In this document: in pieces, positions 1 through 11,798 of the stretch
Numbering within the stretch: position 1 is the stretch's first letter
How the letters are laid out: each line of letters begins with the position of its first letter
NCBI GenBank assembly: GCA_012729475.1
Contig: JAAYDB010000143.1
Span: forward strand, 6,583-70,582
From: Bacteroidota bacterium
GTDB lineage: Bacteria > Bacteroidota > Bacteroidia > Bacteroidales > VadinHA17
DNA: 64,000 nucleotides
Direction: 5' to 3'
Program-made: the position numbers and the translations under genes
Notes under the pieces: model-generated
Told to the model about the DNA's origin: nothing
What the model saw: only the letters and a program-made list of their open reading frames with translations
Databases searched by the model: none

Positions 1-2
1 AC

Positions 3-212
3 ACCTTATGGGAAAATGTACAGGGGAGAGGAAGCATTACCGGAGTACCCCACCTGAGTACTCATACCTGGCCTGAAATAAACAAAAGCCTTCTTACTGT
101 TGTTGATGACGATATAGCAGATACTGTTCTTGAAAAAGTGAAAAGGATAGATGCCATAAGTGAGGAAGTAGGGATCAGAGCTTTTGTCTGGGATATACTG
201 AAAACTGTATAA
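3..212 (+). CDS. P-II-fold small protein of the PG0541 / transporter-associated type, C-terminal fragment (5' end off window)
   Basis: Frame is open from the window edge to TAA 210-212. Translation is TLWENVQGRGSITGVPHLSTHTWPEINKS...EEVGIRAFVWDILKTV. It matches my memory of ~100-aa Bacteroidota P-II-like proteins; not searched. Confidence 0.55.
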   Translation, partial: TLWENVQGRGSITGVPHLSTHTWPEINKSLLTVVDDDIADTVLEKVKRIDAISEEVGIRAFVWDILKTV

Positions 213-226
213 AGAGGCCTGGATTA

Positions 227-270
227 ATAAAAAAAATACCTCCTTTTAAAACACAAGGAGGTTTTTTTTT
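227..270. terminator. Bidirectional intrinsic terminator between convergent genes
   Basis: 8-bp stem ACCTCCTT (238-245) / AAGGAGGT (255-262) with a 9-nt loop. An A-run lies upstream and a T9 run downstream, so it can work on both strands. Confidence 0.75.
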
Positions 271-287
271 AAATATATAAACACCCT

Positions 288-2444
288 CTATTCTTCCTCT
301 TCTTCTTCCTGGTAGGCTTTTATGACTGCATCCTGCACTTCTGCGGGCACCTGTGCATATTCCGAGAATTTCATGGAGAAAATTGCACGGCCACCGGTAA
401 GTGAACTGAGAGCTGTTGAATACTTATTCATTTCGGCGAGAGGGACTCTTGCTTTGATCACTTCGAATCGCTTGTCACTTGACATACCGAGAACCATTCC
501 CCTTCGTCCCTGAAGATCACTTATCACGTCACCCATACGGTCCGATGGGACCATTATTTCCACATCGTAAATAGGTTCCAGAATTTTCGGGCCTGCGTTT
601 TTGAAAGCCTGGCTGAATGCATTTCTTCCTGCCAGTCTGAAAGAAATCTCATTTGAATCAACAGGATGCATTTTTCCGTCATATACATAGACCCTTATAT
701 CGCGTGCATATGAGCCTGTAAGCGGACCGATTTCCATTTTTTCCATAATCCCTTTAAGGATAGCCGGCATGAAGCGTGCATCAATTGAACCTCCTACTAT
801 ACAGTTAACATATATAAGTTTGCCTCCCCATTCAAGATCTATCACATCACGGTCCCTGACAGACAGTTTAATTTCTTTGCCTGCAATTTTCTGAGTAGTC
901 AGTTCAGGGCTTCCCTCTGTATAAGGTTCAATTATCATGTGGACCTCTCCAAACTGACCGGCTCCGCCGGATTGTTTTTTATGACGGTAATCGGCCTGGG
1001 CTGACTTTGTTATTGTTTCGCGATAAGGTATTTTGGGCGCATTGAAGCTGGCGGATATCCTGTATATATTGTCAAGATGCCATTTCATAATATTCAGATG
1101 ATATTCTCCCTGGCCATGAACGATGATCTGTTTCAGCTCTTTTGAATATTCCACTATAATTGTAGGATCTTCAAGCTGTATTTTGTTGAGAGCTTCTCCC
1201 AGTTTCTCGTCATCACTCTCGCTAAGTGCCTTGATAGCCGTCCGGTATTTGGGTTCAGGGAATTTGATCCCTTCATACTTCCAGTTATTGCCAGGGGCAT
1301 TCAGAGTATGACCTGTTTTAGTGTTTTTAAGCTTGACAAGAGCTCCTATGTCCCCGGTATTAAGTTCCGAAACGCGGGACCTGTTTTTGCCTGCACACAC
1401 ATAGAGCTGTGACAACCTTTCTTTTGTGTTAGTATTGACATTTACCACATCAAGATTCTCGGAGATCTTACCTGATAACACCCTGAAATAGTTTATTTCT
1501 CCTATATGTTCTTCAATAGCCGATTTGAACACGAAAACTGAAGATGGTCCTGCTGTATCGGGCAAGATTTCATTCCCTTTGTCGTTCTTAATATGGGGCA
1601 TATCAGTTATTGAAGGAGCCTCATTGACAATGAAGTTCAGAAGCCGGTCGACACCCATATTATTCTTTGCCGAAATACAGAACACAGGGTTAAGACTTCT
1701 TGCTGCAATACCTTTTGCAATACCTTTTCTTATCTCATCTTCTGTAAGAGTATCATTGGAAAAGAAAGCCTCCATAAGTGCTTCGTCACTTTCTGCAGCT
1801 TTTTCAACCAGAGTACCATGCAGTTCTTCTGCTCTGGCAGCATATTCAGCGGGTATGTCAACTTCCTCGGCCTTGCCTCCCTCTTTCCCGTAACGTAACA
1901 TCTTCATCCTTAGGACATCTATCACAGAGTTAAAGCCTGTGCCTTCATTGACAGGAAACTGGATCAGAACAGCATTATTTGTAAGTCTCTCTTTCATCAT
2001 TTCAAAAGACTTATCAAAATTGGACTTTTCATGATCAAGTCCGTTGATAACAAATAAAACAGGTTTTTCTGAATGTTCGCAGTGCCTGAAATGAATCTCG
2101 GTACCAACTTCTACAGCGTTTTGTGCATTTATTAACATTACCGCCAAATCGGAGGCAAACAGTGATGATATAACACCTCCACAGAAATCGTCCAGTCCGG
2201 GAGTATCAATGATATTGATCTTTTTATTCTCATATTCGGTATACAAAACAGCAGAAAAAACAGTATTCCCGTTTTCCTGTTCTATGGGACGATAATCGGA
2301 AGTGGTATTTTTCCCTTCTATTGTGCCTCTCCTTTCAATGATGCCTCCATTAAAGAGCATTGCTTCCCCAAGGATAGTTTTTCCTGATCCTGAATTACCC
2401 AGCAGAGCAATGTTCTTAATCTGGTCAACCTGGTATGTCTTCAT
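288..2444 (-). CDS. Elongation factor G paralogue (EF-G II-like translational GTPase)
   Basis: 718 aa. P-loop GNSGSGKT, DTPG, and domain-IV loop KKQSGGAGQFG all align along the full length with the canonical fusA in this window. NKxD reads NGLD, and the C-terminus is QEEEEEE. Confidence 0.85.
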   Translation of the reverse strand: MKTYQVDQIKNIALLGNSGSGKTILGEAMLFNGGIIERRGTIEGKNTTSDYRPIEQENGNTVFSAVLYTEYENKKINIIDTPGLDDFCGGVISSLFASDLAVMLINAQNAVEVGTEIHFRHCEHSEKPVLFVINGLDHEKSNFDKSFEMMKERLTNNAVLIQFPVNEGTGFNSVIDVLRMKMLRYGKEGGKAEEVDIPAEYAARAEELHGTLVEKAAESDEALMEAFFSNDTLTEDEIRKGIAKGIAARSLNPVFCISAKNNMGVDRLLNFIVNEAPSITDMPHIKNDKGNEILPDTAGPSSVFVFKSAIEEHIGEINYFRVLSGKISENLDVVNVNTNTKERLSQLYVCAGKNRSRVSELNTGDIGALVKLKNTKTGHTLNAPGNNWKYEGIKFPEPKYRTAIKALSESDDEKLGEALNKIQLEDPTIIVEYSKELKQIIVHGQGEYHLNIMKWHLDNIYRISASFNAPKIPYRETITKSAQADYRHKKQSGGAGQFGEVHMIIEPYTEGSPELTTQKIAGKEIKLSVRDRDVIDLEWGGKLIYVNCIVGGSIDARFMPAILKGIMEKMEIGPLTGSYARDIRVYVYDGKMHPVDSNEISFRLAGRNAFSQAFKNAGPKILEPIYDVEIMVPSDRMGDVISDLQGRRGMVLGMSSDKRFEVIKARVPLAEMNKYSTALSSLTGGRAIFSMKFSEYAQVPAEVQDAVIKAYQEEEEEE

Positions 2445-2935
2445 GTTTAATGATTATTATTTAATTATTAATACTTCTCAATTTAGTATCTTCAGATTTG
2501 AAGACTGTCAGTCAGGATACCCTTTAAAAGATAAACCCTCTGTCTTTCCTTGTAAAAAAAGGATTTTCTGATTGTGTTTTCCCTGCCGGGAAACTGGTAA
2601 GGGAGCCTGTTTTTCAATTTATATTTTTATTACCTCCTTAAAATAGAGGGGACAAAATTAATAATTTTTTAAAAACTGATAATTAAAGAGGTCATAATTA
2701 AGTTTTTTTTATTTTCTTTGCACCAGTTTTTTGAAATACAGGAGTACCGGTTTTCCTTTCATTGGTAAGTTTATAAAAAATTTTCTGCGGGGAAGGTCGG
2801 GAAGTTACCTGTAAAAAACTTACAATTAGGGTTTAACAGACATAGTTGAAAGGGATGGCATGATATACACTTACTGATGTATTGTGTTTATGTATGTCAC
2901 TAAATCAGGATGATAACAAAAATATTAGATACTGG

Positions 2936-2966
2936 TTTGTGTATTAAGATAAAATAAATACCTTTG
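2936..2966 (+). promoter_or_regulatory. Bacteroidota sigma-A type promoter of the ribosomal superoperon
   Basis: TTTG at 2936-2939, a 19-nt spacer, then TACCTTTG at 2959-2966 (TAnnTTTG). It sits 48 nt upstream of the rpsL ATG. Confidence 0.6.
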
Positions 2967-3013
2967 CGAACCATTTTTTTAAGTAACAATTAATACTATA
3001 AATAACTGGAAAT

Positions 3014-3388
3014 ATGCCGACAATTCAGCAATTAGTAAGAAAAGGCAGGAAGAAACTGGTTGATAAAAGTAAAGCTCCTGCTCTGGACTCCTGTCCTCAG
3101 AGAAGAGGTGTTTGTGTACGTGTATATACAACCACGCCAAAAAAACCTAATTCAGCGATGAGGAAAGTAGCCAGGGTAAGGCTTACCAATCAGAAAGAAG
3201 TAAACGCTTATATTCCGGGTGAAGGCCATAATTTACAGGAACACTCCATAGTACTTCTGAGAGGAGGAAAGGTAAAAGATTTACCGGGTGTTCGTTATCA
3301 TCTTGTCAGAGGTGCTCTTGATACCTCAGGAGTGGATGGCCGGACTCAGAGAAGATCAAAATATGGTGCTAAAAGGCCAAAGAAGTAA
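3014..3388 (+). CDS. rpsL: 30S ribosomal protein S12
   Basis: 124 aa, [14 protein letters not shown]...[13 protein letters not shown], an unmistakable S12. First gene of the str operon. Confidence 0.98.
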   Translation: MPTIQQLVRKGRKKLVDKSKAPALDSCPQRRGVCVRVYTTTPKKPNSAMRKVARVRLTNQKEVNAYIPGEGHNLQEHSIVLLRGGKVKDLPGVRYHLVRGALDTSGVDGRTQRRSKYGAKRPKK

Positions 3389-3406
3389 CAATAAAGAGAT
3401 AAGATA

Positions 3407-3883
3407 ATGAGAAAATCAAAACCAAAGAAAAGGATTCTGTTACCGGATCCCAAGTACAACGATCCGTATGTAACAAGGTTTGTCAATAATCTTATGTTCA
3501 ATGGGAAAAAGAATCTTGCTTATCAGATATTCTACAATTCGCTTGATATCGTAGGAGAGAAATTCAAGGATGAAGGCAAGACTCCTCTTGAGATATTTAA
3601 ACAGGCTCTTGAGAATGTTACACCACAGGTCGAAGTAAAAGCACGTCGTGTTGGTGGGGCTACTTTTCAGGTCCCTATGGAAATACGTAATGATCGCAAA
3701 GTAAGTATAAGTATGAAAAACATGATTTCATTTGCACGGAAGAGAGCTGGTCATTCAATGGCTGAGCGTCTTGCAGCTGAACTCATGGCCGCATACAAGC
3801 TTGAAGGGGGTGCTTATAAAAAGAAAGAAGATACTCACAGAATGGCAGAAGCCAACAAGGCTTTCGCTCATTTCCGTTTCTAA
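3407..3883 (+). CDS. rpsG: 30S ribosomal protein S7
   Basis: 158 aa, with ...[16 protein letters not shown]... Follows rpsL. Confidence 0.98.
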   Translation: MRKSKPKKRILLPDPKYNDPYVTRFVNNLMFNGKKNLAYQIFYNSLDIVGEKFKDEGKTPLEIFKQALENVTPQVEVKARRVGGATFQVPMEIRNDRKVSISMKNMISFARKRAGHSMAERLAAELMAAYKLEGGAYKKKEDTHRMAEANKAFAHFRF

Positions 3884-3908
3884 ATCATTGTCAGCTATCA
3901 GCAGTTAG

Positions 3909-6011
3909 ATGGATAAAAATCTGAAATATACCAGAAACATCGGGATCATGGCCCACATTGATGCGGGAAAGACCACAACTACAGAAAGAATTCTGTATTA
4001 TACAGGTCGTACGCACAGGATGGGAGAGGTTCATAATGGAAATGCCCAGATGGACTGGATGGTTCAGGAACAGGAAAGAGGTATAACTATCACATCAGCT
4101 GCAACAACTGCTTACTGGAAATATAACAACGAAGACTATAAGATAAATATAATTGATACTCCCGGACATGTTGATTTTACTGTAGAGGTTGAAAGGGCAC
4201 TGCGTATTCTTGATGGAGCAGTAGCCGTTTTTTGTGGTGTCGGAGGAGTTGAACCCCAGTCAGAAACTGTCTGGAGGCAGGCTGACAGATACAAAGTTCC
4301 CAGGATCGCTTTTGTCAATAAAATGGACAGGTCGGGTGCCGATTTTTACAGTGTGGTGCAACAGATGAAGGACAAGCTTCATGCAAATGCTGTACCCATA
4401 CAGATACCAATTGGCAGTGAGGATGGCTTCTCCGGAATCATCGACCTTATCAATATGCAGGCTTTTATATATGCTGAAGATGATTTACTGGGTGCGAAAT
4501 ATCAGATTCAGGAGATACCAGAAGATATGATGGGCGAGACTGAGGAGTGGCGTGCCGGCCTGGTTGAAGCTTTGGCCGATGTGGATGACACTCTGCTTGA
4601 ACGGTTTATTGATGATAATGAATCAATAACCGCTGATGAGATAGTGCTTGCTCTGAGAAAAACAGTAATAACAGGAAATGTTATTCCTGTCCTTTGTGGG
4701 TCGGCATTCAAGAATAAAGGAATACAAAGTCTGCTCAATGCAATTACGGCATACCTGCCTTCTCCGCTTGATGTTGGTGCAGTTACGGGTACCGATCCCA
4801 GAAATGAGGAAAAAATTACACGTGACCCGGATAATGACGGCCCCTTATCAGCGCTTGTCTTTAAAATAGCCACCGACCCCTATGTGGGACGACTGGTTTT
4901 TATAAGGATATATTCAGGGATTCTTCATGCCGGAGATACTATCCTTAATGTAAGAACAGGAAAGAGAGAAAGGATAAACAGACTGTATCAAATGCATGCC
5001 AATAAACAGAATCCCAAGGAAAGTGTTTCAGCAGGAGATATATGTGCGGTAGTCGGGTTGAAAGATCTTAAGACGGGAGATACACTCTGTGCTATACATA
5101 AACCGATACTTCTGGAATCGATGGATTTTCCGGAACCGGTACTGGGGGTTGCTATTGAGCCCAAAACTCAGGCTGATGTTGATAAATTATCACTGGCTCT
5201 ACAGAAACTGGCCGAAGAAGATCCTACATTCCAGGTTAAAATCGATCCGGATAGTGGACAGACAATCATCAATGGAATGGGCGAACTTCATCTGGAGATA
5301 CTTGTTGACCGATTACGGAGAGAATTTGATGTGGAATGTAATCAGGGGGCACCTCAGGTAGCATACAAAGAAGCCCTGACAACAACATTCGAGTTACGTG
5401 AAGTATTCCGCAAACAGACTGGAGGAAGGGGTAAATTTGCAGATATAACCGTTGAATTATCACCTGCCGACAACGGAATAAGAGGATTGCAGTTTGTTAA
5501 TGAAGTGAAAGGCGGTAATATACCGAAGGAATTTATTCCGGCAGTGGAAAAAGGTTTCCTTGAAGCAATGTCTAACGGCCCTCTGGCAGGATTTCCAATG
5601 GAAAACCTCAAGGCAGTTCTCAAAGACGGCTCTTTCCATCCTGTTGATTCCGATTCGCTTTCTTTTGAAATAGCAGCAAGACAGGCTTTCAGACGTTTTG
5701 CAGGGAAATGTAATCCTGTCATTCTCGAACCTGTTATGGCAACGGAAGTTGTTACTCCCGAAGAATATGTGGGTGAAGTAATAAGTGATTTTAACAGGAG
5801 AAGAGGAAAGGTTGAAGGCATGGAATCAAAGGCCGGACTGAGGGTCATACGGGCAAAGGTGCCTCTTGCAGAAAGATTTGGCTATGTAACTATACTCCGG
5901 ACTCTTACTTCGGGAAGGGCGACCTCTACAATGGAATTTTCCCATTACGAAGAAGTTCCGGCAGAGATTGCAAAAAGAATTATTGAAATTACAAAAGGTA
6001 AAATTCTATAA
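3909..6011 (+). CDS. fusA: Elongation factor G (canonical)
   Basis: 700 aa with G-motifs [17 protein letters not shown] and NKMD. Lies between rpsG and rpsJ. Confidence 0.98.
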   Translation: MDKNLKYTRNIGIMAHIDAGKTTTTERILYYTGRTHRMGEVHNGNAQMDWMVQEQERGITITSAATTAYWKYNNEDYKINIIDTPGHVDFTVEVERALRILDGAVAVFCGVGGVEPQSETVWRQADRYKVPRIAFVNKMDRSGADFYSVVQQMKDKLHANAVPIQIPIGSEDGFSGIIDLINMQAFIYAEDDLLGAKYQIQEIPEDMMGETEEWRAGLVEALADVDDTLLERFIDDNESITADEIVLALRKTVITGNVIPVLCGSAFKNKGIQSLLNAITAYLPSPLDVGAVTGTDPRNEEKITRDPDNDGPLSALVFKIATDPYVGRLVFIRIYSGILHAGDTILNVRTGKRERINRLYQMHANKQNPKESVSAGDICAVVGLKDLKTGDTLCAIHKPILLESMDFPEPVLGVAIEPKTQADVDKLSLALQKLAEEDPTFQVKIDPDSGQTIINGMGELHLEILVDRLRREFDVECNQGAPQVAYKEALTTTFELREVFRKQTGGRGKFADITVELSPADNGIRGLQFVNEVKGGNIPKEFIPAVEKGFLEAMSNGPLAGFPMENLKAVLKDGSFHPVDSDSLSFEIAARQAFRRFAGKCNPVILEPVMATEVVTPEEYVGEVISDFNRRRGKVEGMESKAGLRVIRAKVPLAERFGYVTILRTLTSGRATSTMEFSHYEEVPAEIAKRIIEITKGKIL

Positions 6012-6013
6012 AG

Positions 6014-6319
6014 ATGAGTCAGAAAATCCGTATCAAACTGAAATCTTACGATCATAATCTGGTTGATAAATCGGCAGAAAAGATCGTAAAAACAGTAAAA
6101 TCTACCGGGGCGGTGGTCAGCGGTCCTATACCTCTCCCAACCCATAAAAAGATTTATACTGTTCTCCGGTCTCCATTCGTCAATAAAAAGGCTAGAGAAC
6201 AATTTCAGCTGTCTTCTTACAAAAGGCTGCTCGATATTTACAGCTCAACACCAAAAACAATTGATGCTCTGATGAAACTTGAGCTGCCAAGCGGTGTTGA
6301 AGTTGAAATCAAAGTGTGA
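6014..6319 (+). CDS. rpsJ: 30S ribosomal protein S10
   Basis: 101 aa, [21 protein letters not shown]. Starts 3 nt after the fusA stop. Confidence 0.98.
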   Translation: MSQKIRIKLKSYDHNLVDKSAEKIVKTVKSTGAVVSGPIPLPTHKKIYTVLRSPFVNKKAREQFQLSSYKRLLDIYSSTPKTIDALMKLELPSGVEVEIKV

Positions 6320-6338
6320 AACCAGTAATGTTTAAGAG

Positions 6339-6962
6339 ATGCAGGGATTAATAGGAAAAAAGATAGGAATGACCTCTCTGTTTGATGAGGAAGGAAAAAA
6401 TATTCCATGTACCGTTCTACAGGCAGGTCCATGTGTTGTAACCCAGGTCAAGACAGTTGCAAAAGATGGTTATTCGGCTGTGCAGCTCGGATTTGACGAT
6501 AAAAAGGAAAAAAACACAACGAAAGCTGAAATGGGGCATTTCAGGAAAGTAAATACCGCCCCAAAGAGAAAAGTTGTTGAATTTTCGGGATTTACCGAAG
6601 ATCAATTCAAGGCAGGAGAGACGGTAACAGCAGAAAAACTCTTCAGCCCTGACGAATGGATCGATGTCAGAGGATGGTCAAAAGGTAAGGGATTTCAGGG
6701 TGTTGTACGACGTCATGGCTTCGGAGGTGTTGGAGGAGTGACTCATGGCCAGCATAACAGAGGCAGAGCTCCGGGTTCTTTGGGTGCATCATCATATCCT
6801 TCAAGGGTACTCCCGGGTATGAGAATGGCCGGACGAATGGGAGGCAATAAAGTAATGTCCATGAGTCTGCGTATCATCAGACTTATGGCTGATGAGAATA
6901 TATTAATAGTTAGTGGATCAGTCCCTGGTCCAAAAGGTGGTTACGTAATAATTACAAAATAA
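6339..6962 (+). CDS. rplC: 50S ribosomal protein L3
   Basis: 207 aa with the N-terminus [13 protein letters not shown]. Confidence 0.97.
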   Translation: MQGLIGKKIGMTSLFDEEGKNIPCTVLQAGPCVVTQVKTVAKDGYSAVQLGFDDKKEKNTTKAEMGHFRKVNTAPKRKVVEFSGFTEDQFKAGETVTAEKLFSPDEWIDVRGWSKGKGFQGVVRRHGFGGVGGVTHGQHNRGRAPGSLGASSYPSRVLPGMRMAGRMGGNKVMSMSLRIIRLMADENILIVSGSVPGPKGGYVIITK

Positions 6963-7591
6963 TGGAATTAGCTGTTGTCAATATTAATGGTAAAGAAACC
7001 GGAAGGAAAATTATACTCAATGATTCCATTTTCGGTATAGAACCTAATGACCATGCCATATACCTCGATACCAAACAGTTCCGGGCTAATCAGCGCCAGG
7101 GAACTCACAAGGCAAAAGAAAGAGGAGAAGTGTCCGGCAGTACCCGGAAACTCAAAAGGCAAAAAGGAACAGGTACTGCCCGTGCCGGTAGTATAAAGAA
7201 TCCCCTGTTCAGAGGAGGAGGAAGAGTATTTGGTCCGTCTCCAAGGTATTATGGGTTCAAACTTAATAAGAAAGTTAAGCAATTAGCCAGGAAATCAGCA
7301 CTTTCCTATAAGGCTGCTTCCAATAACATTATTGTTGTTGAAGATTTTTCATTCGAAGCTCCAAAGACAAAGGAAATTGTGAAAATAGGCGATATGCTCA
7401 ATATTGCAGATAAAAAAACACTTTTTGTTTTATCGGAACAAAATAAAAATATATATTTGTCATCCCGAAATGTGCAAGGGGTTGAAGTTATAACTGCAAG
7501 TGAATTAAACACATATGAAATTATGAGAGCTTCAACTTTAGTTCTCGCGGAGAGTGCAATTGACGTTTTGCAGGCAACATTTGAAAATTAG
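6962..7591 (+). CDS. rplD: 50S ribosomal protein L4
   Basis: 209 aa, with ...[20 protein letters not shown]... TAATG overlap with rplC. Confidence 0.97.
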   Translation: MELAVVNINGKETGRKIILNDSIFGIEPNDHAIYLDTKQFRANQRQGTHKAKERGEVSGSTRKLKRQKGTGTARAGSIKNPLFRGGGRVFGPSPRYYGFKLNKKVKQLARKSALSYKAASNNIIVVEDFSFEAPKTKEIVKIGDMLNIADKKTLFVLSEQNKNIYLSSRNVQGVEVITASELNTYEIMRASTLVLAESAIDVLQATFEN

Positions 7592-7604
7592 AAAACTTTG
7601 AGTA

Positions 7605-7895
7605 ATGGAAATTTTGCTTAAACCAATAGTGACGGAAAAAATGACAAACCAGGGTGATAAATATAATCGCTATGGTTTTCTGGTTGCCAAAGATGCAAAC
7701 AAGATTCAGATAAAGAAAGCTGTGGAAGAACTGTATAGTGTTACTGTTGACTCGGTTAACACTATCCGTTACGGAGGCAAATTTAAGTCACGTAACACCC
7801 GGTCAGGTCTTCTGAAAGGCAGGACAGCCTCAGTAAAGAAAGCAATAGTGACTCTTGCTGAGGGTAATAAAATAGATTTCTATAGCAATATATAA
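7605..7895 (+). CDS. rplW: 50S ribosomal protein L23
   Basis: 96 aa, in the S10-operon slot between L4 and L2. Confidence 0.95.
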   Translation: MEILLKPIVTEKMTNQGDKYNRYGFLVAKDANKIQIKKAVEELYSVTVDSVNTIRYGGKFKSRNTRSGLLKGRTASVKKAIVTLAEGNKIDFYSNI

Positions 7896-7901
7896 CTAAG
7901 T

Positions 7902-8726
7902 ATGGCAGTCAGAAAGATCAAACCTGTTACACCAGGTCAGAGAAACAAGATCATCAGTGCCTTTGATACAATCACAGGTACAAAGCCGGAGAAATCTCTC
8001 CTCCTACCGCTGAAAAAATCAGGAGGAAGGAATGTTAACGGCCACAGAACTATGAGGTACATCGGCGGCGGTCACAAAAGGATGTACAGACTAATCGATT
8101 TCCGCAGGGAAAAAGATGGAGTGCAGGCAACAGTTAAATCAATAGAGTATGATCCGAACAGATCATCAAGGATTGCCCTTGTTGCTTATGAAGATGGAGA
8201 AAAAAGATACATCATTGCTCCTGCCGGATTACAGACCGGACAGGTAATTATGTCGGGAAAGAATGCCAGTCCCGAGATTGGAAACACAATGTTTCTCAGT
8301 GATATTCCCCTGGGTACCATTGTGCATAATATAGAGCTTAAACCAGGAAAAGGAGCAGCGATGGCCCGTAGTGCCGGCACTTATGCGCAGTTGTCAGCCA
8401 GAGAAGGGAAATATGCTACCATAAAACTGCCTTCGGGTGAAATTCGAATGGTTCTTGTTTCCTGCAGGGCAACCATAGGGGCTGTATCAAATCCTGACCA
8501 TAATCTTGAAAAATCAGGGAAAGCTGGTCGTTCACGCTGGAAAGGACGTCGCCCGAGAGTGAGAGGTGTTGTAATGAATCCTGTCGATCACCCAATGGGT
8601 GGAGGTGAAGGAAGAGCTTCAGGAGGACATCCAAGATCACGTAATGGTATGCCCGCCAAAGGATACAAAACAAGGGATATTAAAAAATATTCTGCAAAAC
8701 ATATTTTAGAGAGAAGGAAAAAATAA
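7902..8726 (+). CDS. rplB: 50S ribosomal protein L2
   Basis: 274 aa, with [13 protein letters not shown] and [14 protein letters not shown]. Confidence 0.98.
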   Translation: MAVRKIKPVTPGQRNKIISAFDTITGTKPEKSLLLPLKKSGGRNVNGHRTMRYIGGGHKRMYRLIDFRREKDGVQATVKSIEYDPNRSSRIALVAYEDGEKRYIIAPAGLQTGQVIMSGKNASPEIGNTMFLSDIPLGTIVHNIELKPGKGAAMARSAGTYAQLSAREGKYATIKLPSGEIRMVLVSCRATIGAVSNPDHNLEKSGKAGRSRWKGRRPRVRGVVMNPVDHPMGGGEGRASGGHPRSRNGMPAKGYKTRDIKKYSAKHILERRKK

Positions 8727-8736
8727 CTGATATAAT

Positions 8737-9003
8737 ATGAGCAGATCAATTAAAAAAGGACCTTTTATAGATTACAAGCTTGAGAAGAGAGTTCTTGAGA
8801 TGAATGAAGGAGTAAAGAAATCAGTGATCAAGACCTGGTCAAGGAGATCAGTAATATCCCCTGACTTTGTCGGGCATACTATAGCAGTTCACAACGGAAA
8901 TAAGTTTATCCCTGTGTATGTAACAGAGAATATGGTAGGTCATAAACTTGGCGAATTTGCACCTACCAGAACATTCAGAGGGCATTCCGGAAATAAAAAA
9001 TAA
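8737..9003 (+). CDS. rpsS: 30S ribosomal protein S19
   Basis: 88 aa, [14 protein letters not shown]...[16 protein letters not shown]. Confidence 0.98.
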   Translation: MSRSIKKGPFIDYKLEKRVLEMNEGVKKSVIKTWSRRSVISPDFVGHTIAVHNGNKFIPVYVTENMVGHKLGEFAPTRTFRGHSGNKK

Positions 9004-9022
9004 TTGAAAAACTATTACAGAG

Positions 9023-9442
9023 ATGGGTGCAAGAAAAAGAAATACAGCTGAACAGCGAAAAGAGGCAGCAAAGACCATGTACCATGCTGTCCTGAGAAAC
9101 TGTCCTACATCGCCAAGAAAGATGAGGCTGGTTACCGGACTGATCAGCGGAAAGGATGTGAACAGAGCCCTTGATATTCTGAAATACAGTCCACAGGAGG
9201 CTTCACGCAGACTTGAAAAACTGCTCCTTTCTGCCATTGCCAACTGGCAGGCAAAAAATGAAGGCATAAGGATCGAAGACAGTAACCTCTATGTAAAGAG
9301 AATTCATGTCGATGGAGGTCGTACCCTGAAAAGGCTCCAGACAGCCCCCCAGGGAAGAGCTTACAGACTGAGAAAAAGATCAAATCATGTAACTCTTGTT
9401 CTGGATAGCAGAAATAATGAAATTGAAAACACATCAAACTAA
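9023..9442 (+). CDS. rplV: 50S ribosomal protein L22
   Basis: 139 aa, in the slot between S19 and S3. Confidence 0.95.
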   Translation: MGARKRNTAEQRKEAAKTMYHAVLRNCPTSPRKMRLVTGLISGKDVNRALDILKYSPQEASRRLEKLLLSAIANWQAKNEGIRIEDSNLYVKRIHVDGGRTLKRLQTAPQGRAYRLRKRSNHVTLVLDSRNNEIENTSN

Positions 9443-9447
9443 TTCAG

Positions 9448-10152
9448 ATGGGACAAAAAGTTAATCCGATAGGAAACAGACTGGGTATTATTAAGGGCTG
9501 GGATTCAAACTGGTATGGAGGAAAGGACTTTTCCGGAAAACTTGTTGAAGATACAAAGATCAGGGAATACCTGAATGCCAGGCTGGCCAAAGCCAGTATC
9601 TCAAAGATTATTATTGAAAGAACTCTTAAGCTTATCACGGTTACTGTCAATACAGCCCGTCCGGGTATTATCATTGGTAAGGGAGGGCAGGAAGTAGACA
9701 AGCTGAAGGAAGAGCTTAAGAAGATAACAAAGAAAGAAGTTCAGATAAATATTTTTGAGGTTAAGAGACCGGAACTTGATGCCAATATTGTTGGCAGCAA
9801 TGTTGCGCGTCAGATTGAAGGTAAGATTTCCTACAGAAGAGCTATTAAGATGGCTATAGCATCAACCATGCGTATGGGTGCAGAAGGTATTAAGATAGTG
9901 GTGTCTGGTCGTCTTGGAGGTGCTGAGATGGCAAGGACAGAGACATATAAGGAAGGCAGAATCCCTCTCCATACTTTCAGGGCTGATATTGATTATGCTC
10001 TTGCAGAAGCTCATACAAAAGTTGGCCTTATTGGCATAAAAGTATGGATATGCAACGGCGAGGTCTATGGTAAAAGAGATCTTAGTCCGAATATCGGTGC
10101 CAGGAATGCCAAGGCCAAAGGCCTGAAGAAAGGGAAGCAGAGGAACAGGTAG
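9448..10152 (+). CDS. rpsC: 30S ribosomal protein S3
   Basis: 234 aa, [14 protein letters not shown]... Confidence 0.98.
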   Translation: MGQKVNPIGNRLGIIKGWDSNWYGGKDFSGKLVEDTKIREYLNARLAKASISKIIIERTLKLITVTVNTARPGIIIGKGGQEVDKLKEELKKITKKEVQINIFEVKRPELDANIVGSNVARQIEGKISYRRAIKMAIASTMRMGAEGIKIVVSGRLGGAEMARTETYKEGRIPLHTFRADIDYALAEAHTKVGLIGIKVWICNGEVYGKRDLSPNIGARNAKAKGLKKGKQRNR

Positions 10153-10181
10153 CAGAATAAAACAATTTAAGATATTGAACC

Positions 10182-10601
10182 ATGTTACAACCAAAAAGGA
10201 CAAAATACAGGAGGGCACAGAAGGGGAAAATGAAAGGGAATGCACAGAGAGGCAACCAACTGGCATTCGGGTCATTCGGCATCAAGGCCCTTGAGCAGTG
10301 CTGGATTACCGGAAGACAGCTGGAAGCTGCCCGTCAGGCTGTGACACGTCACATGAAACGTGAAGGACAGCTCTGGATAAGGGTTTTTCCCGACAAGCCA
10401 ATAACAAAAAAACCTGCAGAAGTTCGTATGGGTAAAGGTAAAGGAGCTCCCGAGGGATTTGTAGTACCTGTCACTCCGGGCCGTATCCTTCTAGAAGCTG
10501 AAGGAGTGTCTTTTGAAGTAGCAAAGGAAGCCCTTCGCCTGGGTGCCCAGAAACTGCCAATATCAACCAAATTCGTGGTAAGACGCGATTACGTAGAGTA
10601 A
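10182..10601 (+). CDS. rplP: 50S ribosomal protein L16
   Basis: 139 aa, [15 protein letters not shown]... Confidence 0.98.
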   Translation: MLQPKRTKYRRAQKGKMKGNAQRGNQLAFGSFGIKALEQCWITGRQLEAARQAVTRHMKREGQLWIRVFPDKPITKKPAEVRMGKGKGAPEGFVVPVTPGRILLEAEGVSFEVAKEALRLGAQKLPISTKFVVRRDYVE

Positions 10602-10617
10602 TAAATAAGTATATAAA

Positions 10618-10821
10618 ATGAAAACTTCAGAAATAAGGGAATTAAGCACACCTGATCTGATCGAAAGGATCGATACAGAAAAGACTATGCTGGTGCGTAT
10701 GAGACTTAATCATGCCATTACACCCCTTGATAACACGCAAAAGCTAAAACAGGCAAGAATCACTATAGCCCGTTTGCTTACCGAGTTACGGAAAAGAGAA
10801 TTAACACAGAAATCTAATTAG
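10618..10821 (+). CDS. rpmC: 50S ribosomal protein L29
   Basis: 67 aa, in the slot between L16 and S17. Confidence 0.93.
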   Translation: MKTSEIRELSTPDLIERIDTEKTMLVRMRLNHAITPLDNTQKLKQARITIARLLTELRKRELTQKSN

Positions 10822-10834
10822 CCTGGAATAAGCA

Positions 10835-11089
10835 ATGGAAAGGAATCTCAGAAAAGAACGTACAGGGGTTGTTGTCAGCAACAAGATGGACAAATCGATT
10901 GTTGTTGCCGTCAAAAGGAAAGTTAAACATCCTATTTACGGTAAGTTTATAAACAGAACCAGAAAGCTGATGGCTCATGATGAATCAAATACATGTAATA
11001 TCGGCGATACTGTCAGAATATCGGAGACCAGGCCTCTGAGTAAAAATAAAGCCTGGAGACTAGTCGAAGTAATTGAAAGGGCCAAGTAA
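10835..11089 (+). CDS. rpsQ: 30S ribosomal protein S17
   Basis: 84 aa, with ...[16 protein letters not shown]... Confidence 0.96.
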   Translation: MERNLRKERTGVVVSNKMDKSIVVAVKRKVKHPIYGKFINRTRKLMAHDESNTCNIGDTVRISETRPLSKNKAWRLVEVIERAK

Positions 11090-11091
11090 TT

Positions 11092-11457
11092 ATGATACAG
11101 CAGGAGAGCAGGCTTTTAGTAGCCGATAATTCGGGCGCCAAGGAGGTCTTATGTATCCGGGTGCTGGGTGGTAGCAAAAAACGATACGCTACTGTAGGCG
11201 ATAAAATAGTTGTGAGTGTCAAATCAGCACTTCCTTCAGGCGAGGCAAAAAAAGGAACAGTGAGTAGGGCTGTTGTTGTAAGAACAAAAAAGGAAATACG
11301 TCGCTCAGACGGATCGTATATAAGATTTGATGATAATGCAGTAGTACTGCTGACTAACCAGGATGAGGTGAGAGGAACACGTATTTTCGGTCCGGTAGCC
11401 AGAGAGCTCCGTGAAAAATACATGAAAATTGTCTCACTGGCACCAGAGGTGTTGTAA
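11092..11457 (+). CDS. rplN: 50S ribosomal protein L14
   Basis: 121 aa, [17 protein letters not shown]... Confidence 0.98.
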   Translation: MIQQESRLLVADNSGAKEVLCIRVLGGSKKRYATVGDKIVVSVKSALPSGEAKKGTVSRAVVVRTKKEIRRSDGSYIRFDDNAVVLLTNQDEVRGTRIFGPVARELREKYMKIVSLAPEVL

Positions 11458-11474
11458 TTATAAAAACGACAACG

Positions 11475-11798
11475 ATGCAAAAGAAGATACATATTAAAAA
11501 GGGTGATACGGTCATGGTAATAACCGGAGAATCAAAAGGTCAGAAAGGAAGGGTTCTTGAGGTTGACAGAAAGGATAACAGGGCTATTGTGGAAGGAATA
11601 AACCTTATTTCGAAGCATACCAAACCCAATTCAAAAGCCCCCCAAGGCGGGATTTTAAAAAAGGAAGCCCCAATCAATATTTCAAACCTGATGCTTATTG
11701 ACCCGGCTTCAGGAAGTCCTACCCGTATAGGGAGAAAACTGAACGATAAAGATAAGTTAGTGCGATATTCAAAAAAATCAGGAGAGGAGATTAAATAA
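11475..11798 (+). CDS. rplX: 50S ribosomal protein L24
   Basis: 107 aa with KOW motif [21 protein letters not shown]. Confidence 0.96.
   Translation: MQKKIHIKKGDTVMVITGESKGQKGRVLEVDRKDNRAIVEGINLISKHTKPNSKAPQGGILKKEAPINISNLMLIDPASGSPTRIGRKLNDKDKLVRYSKKSGEEIK

Noticed and set aside
2445-3013. 570-bp gap between the EF-G paralogue and rpsL, checked for a hidden RNA gene or small ORF.
   Set aside because: It is uniformly A+T-rich, with only weak hairpins such as GTAAGTTT (2768-2775) with AAACTTAC (2816-2823), and no ORF with a plausible start. It is best read as a divergent promoter region.
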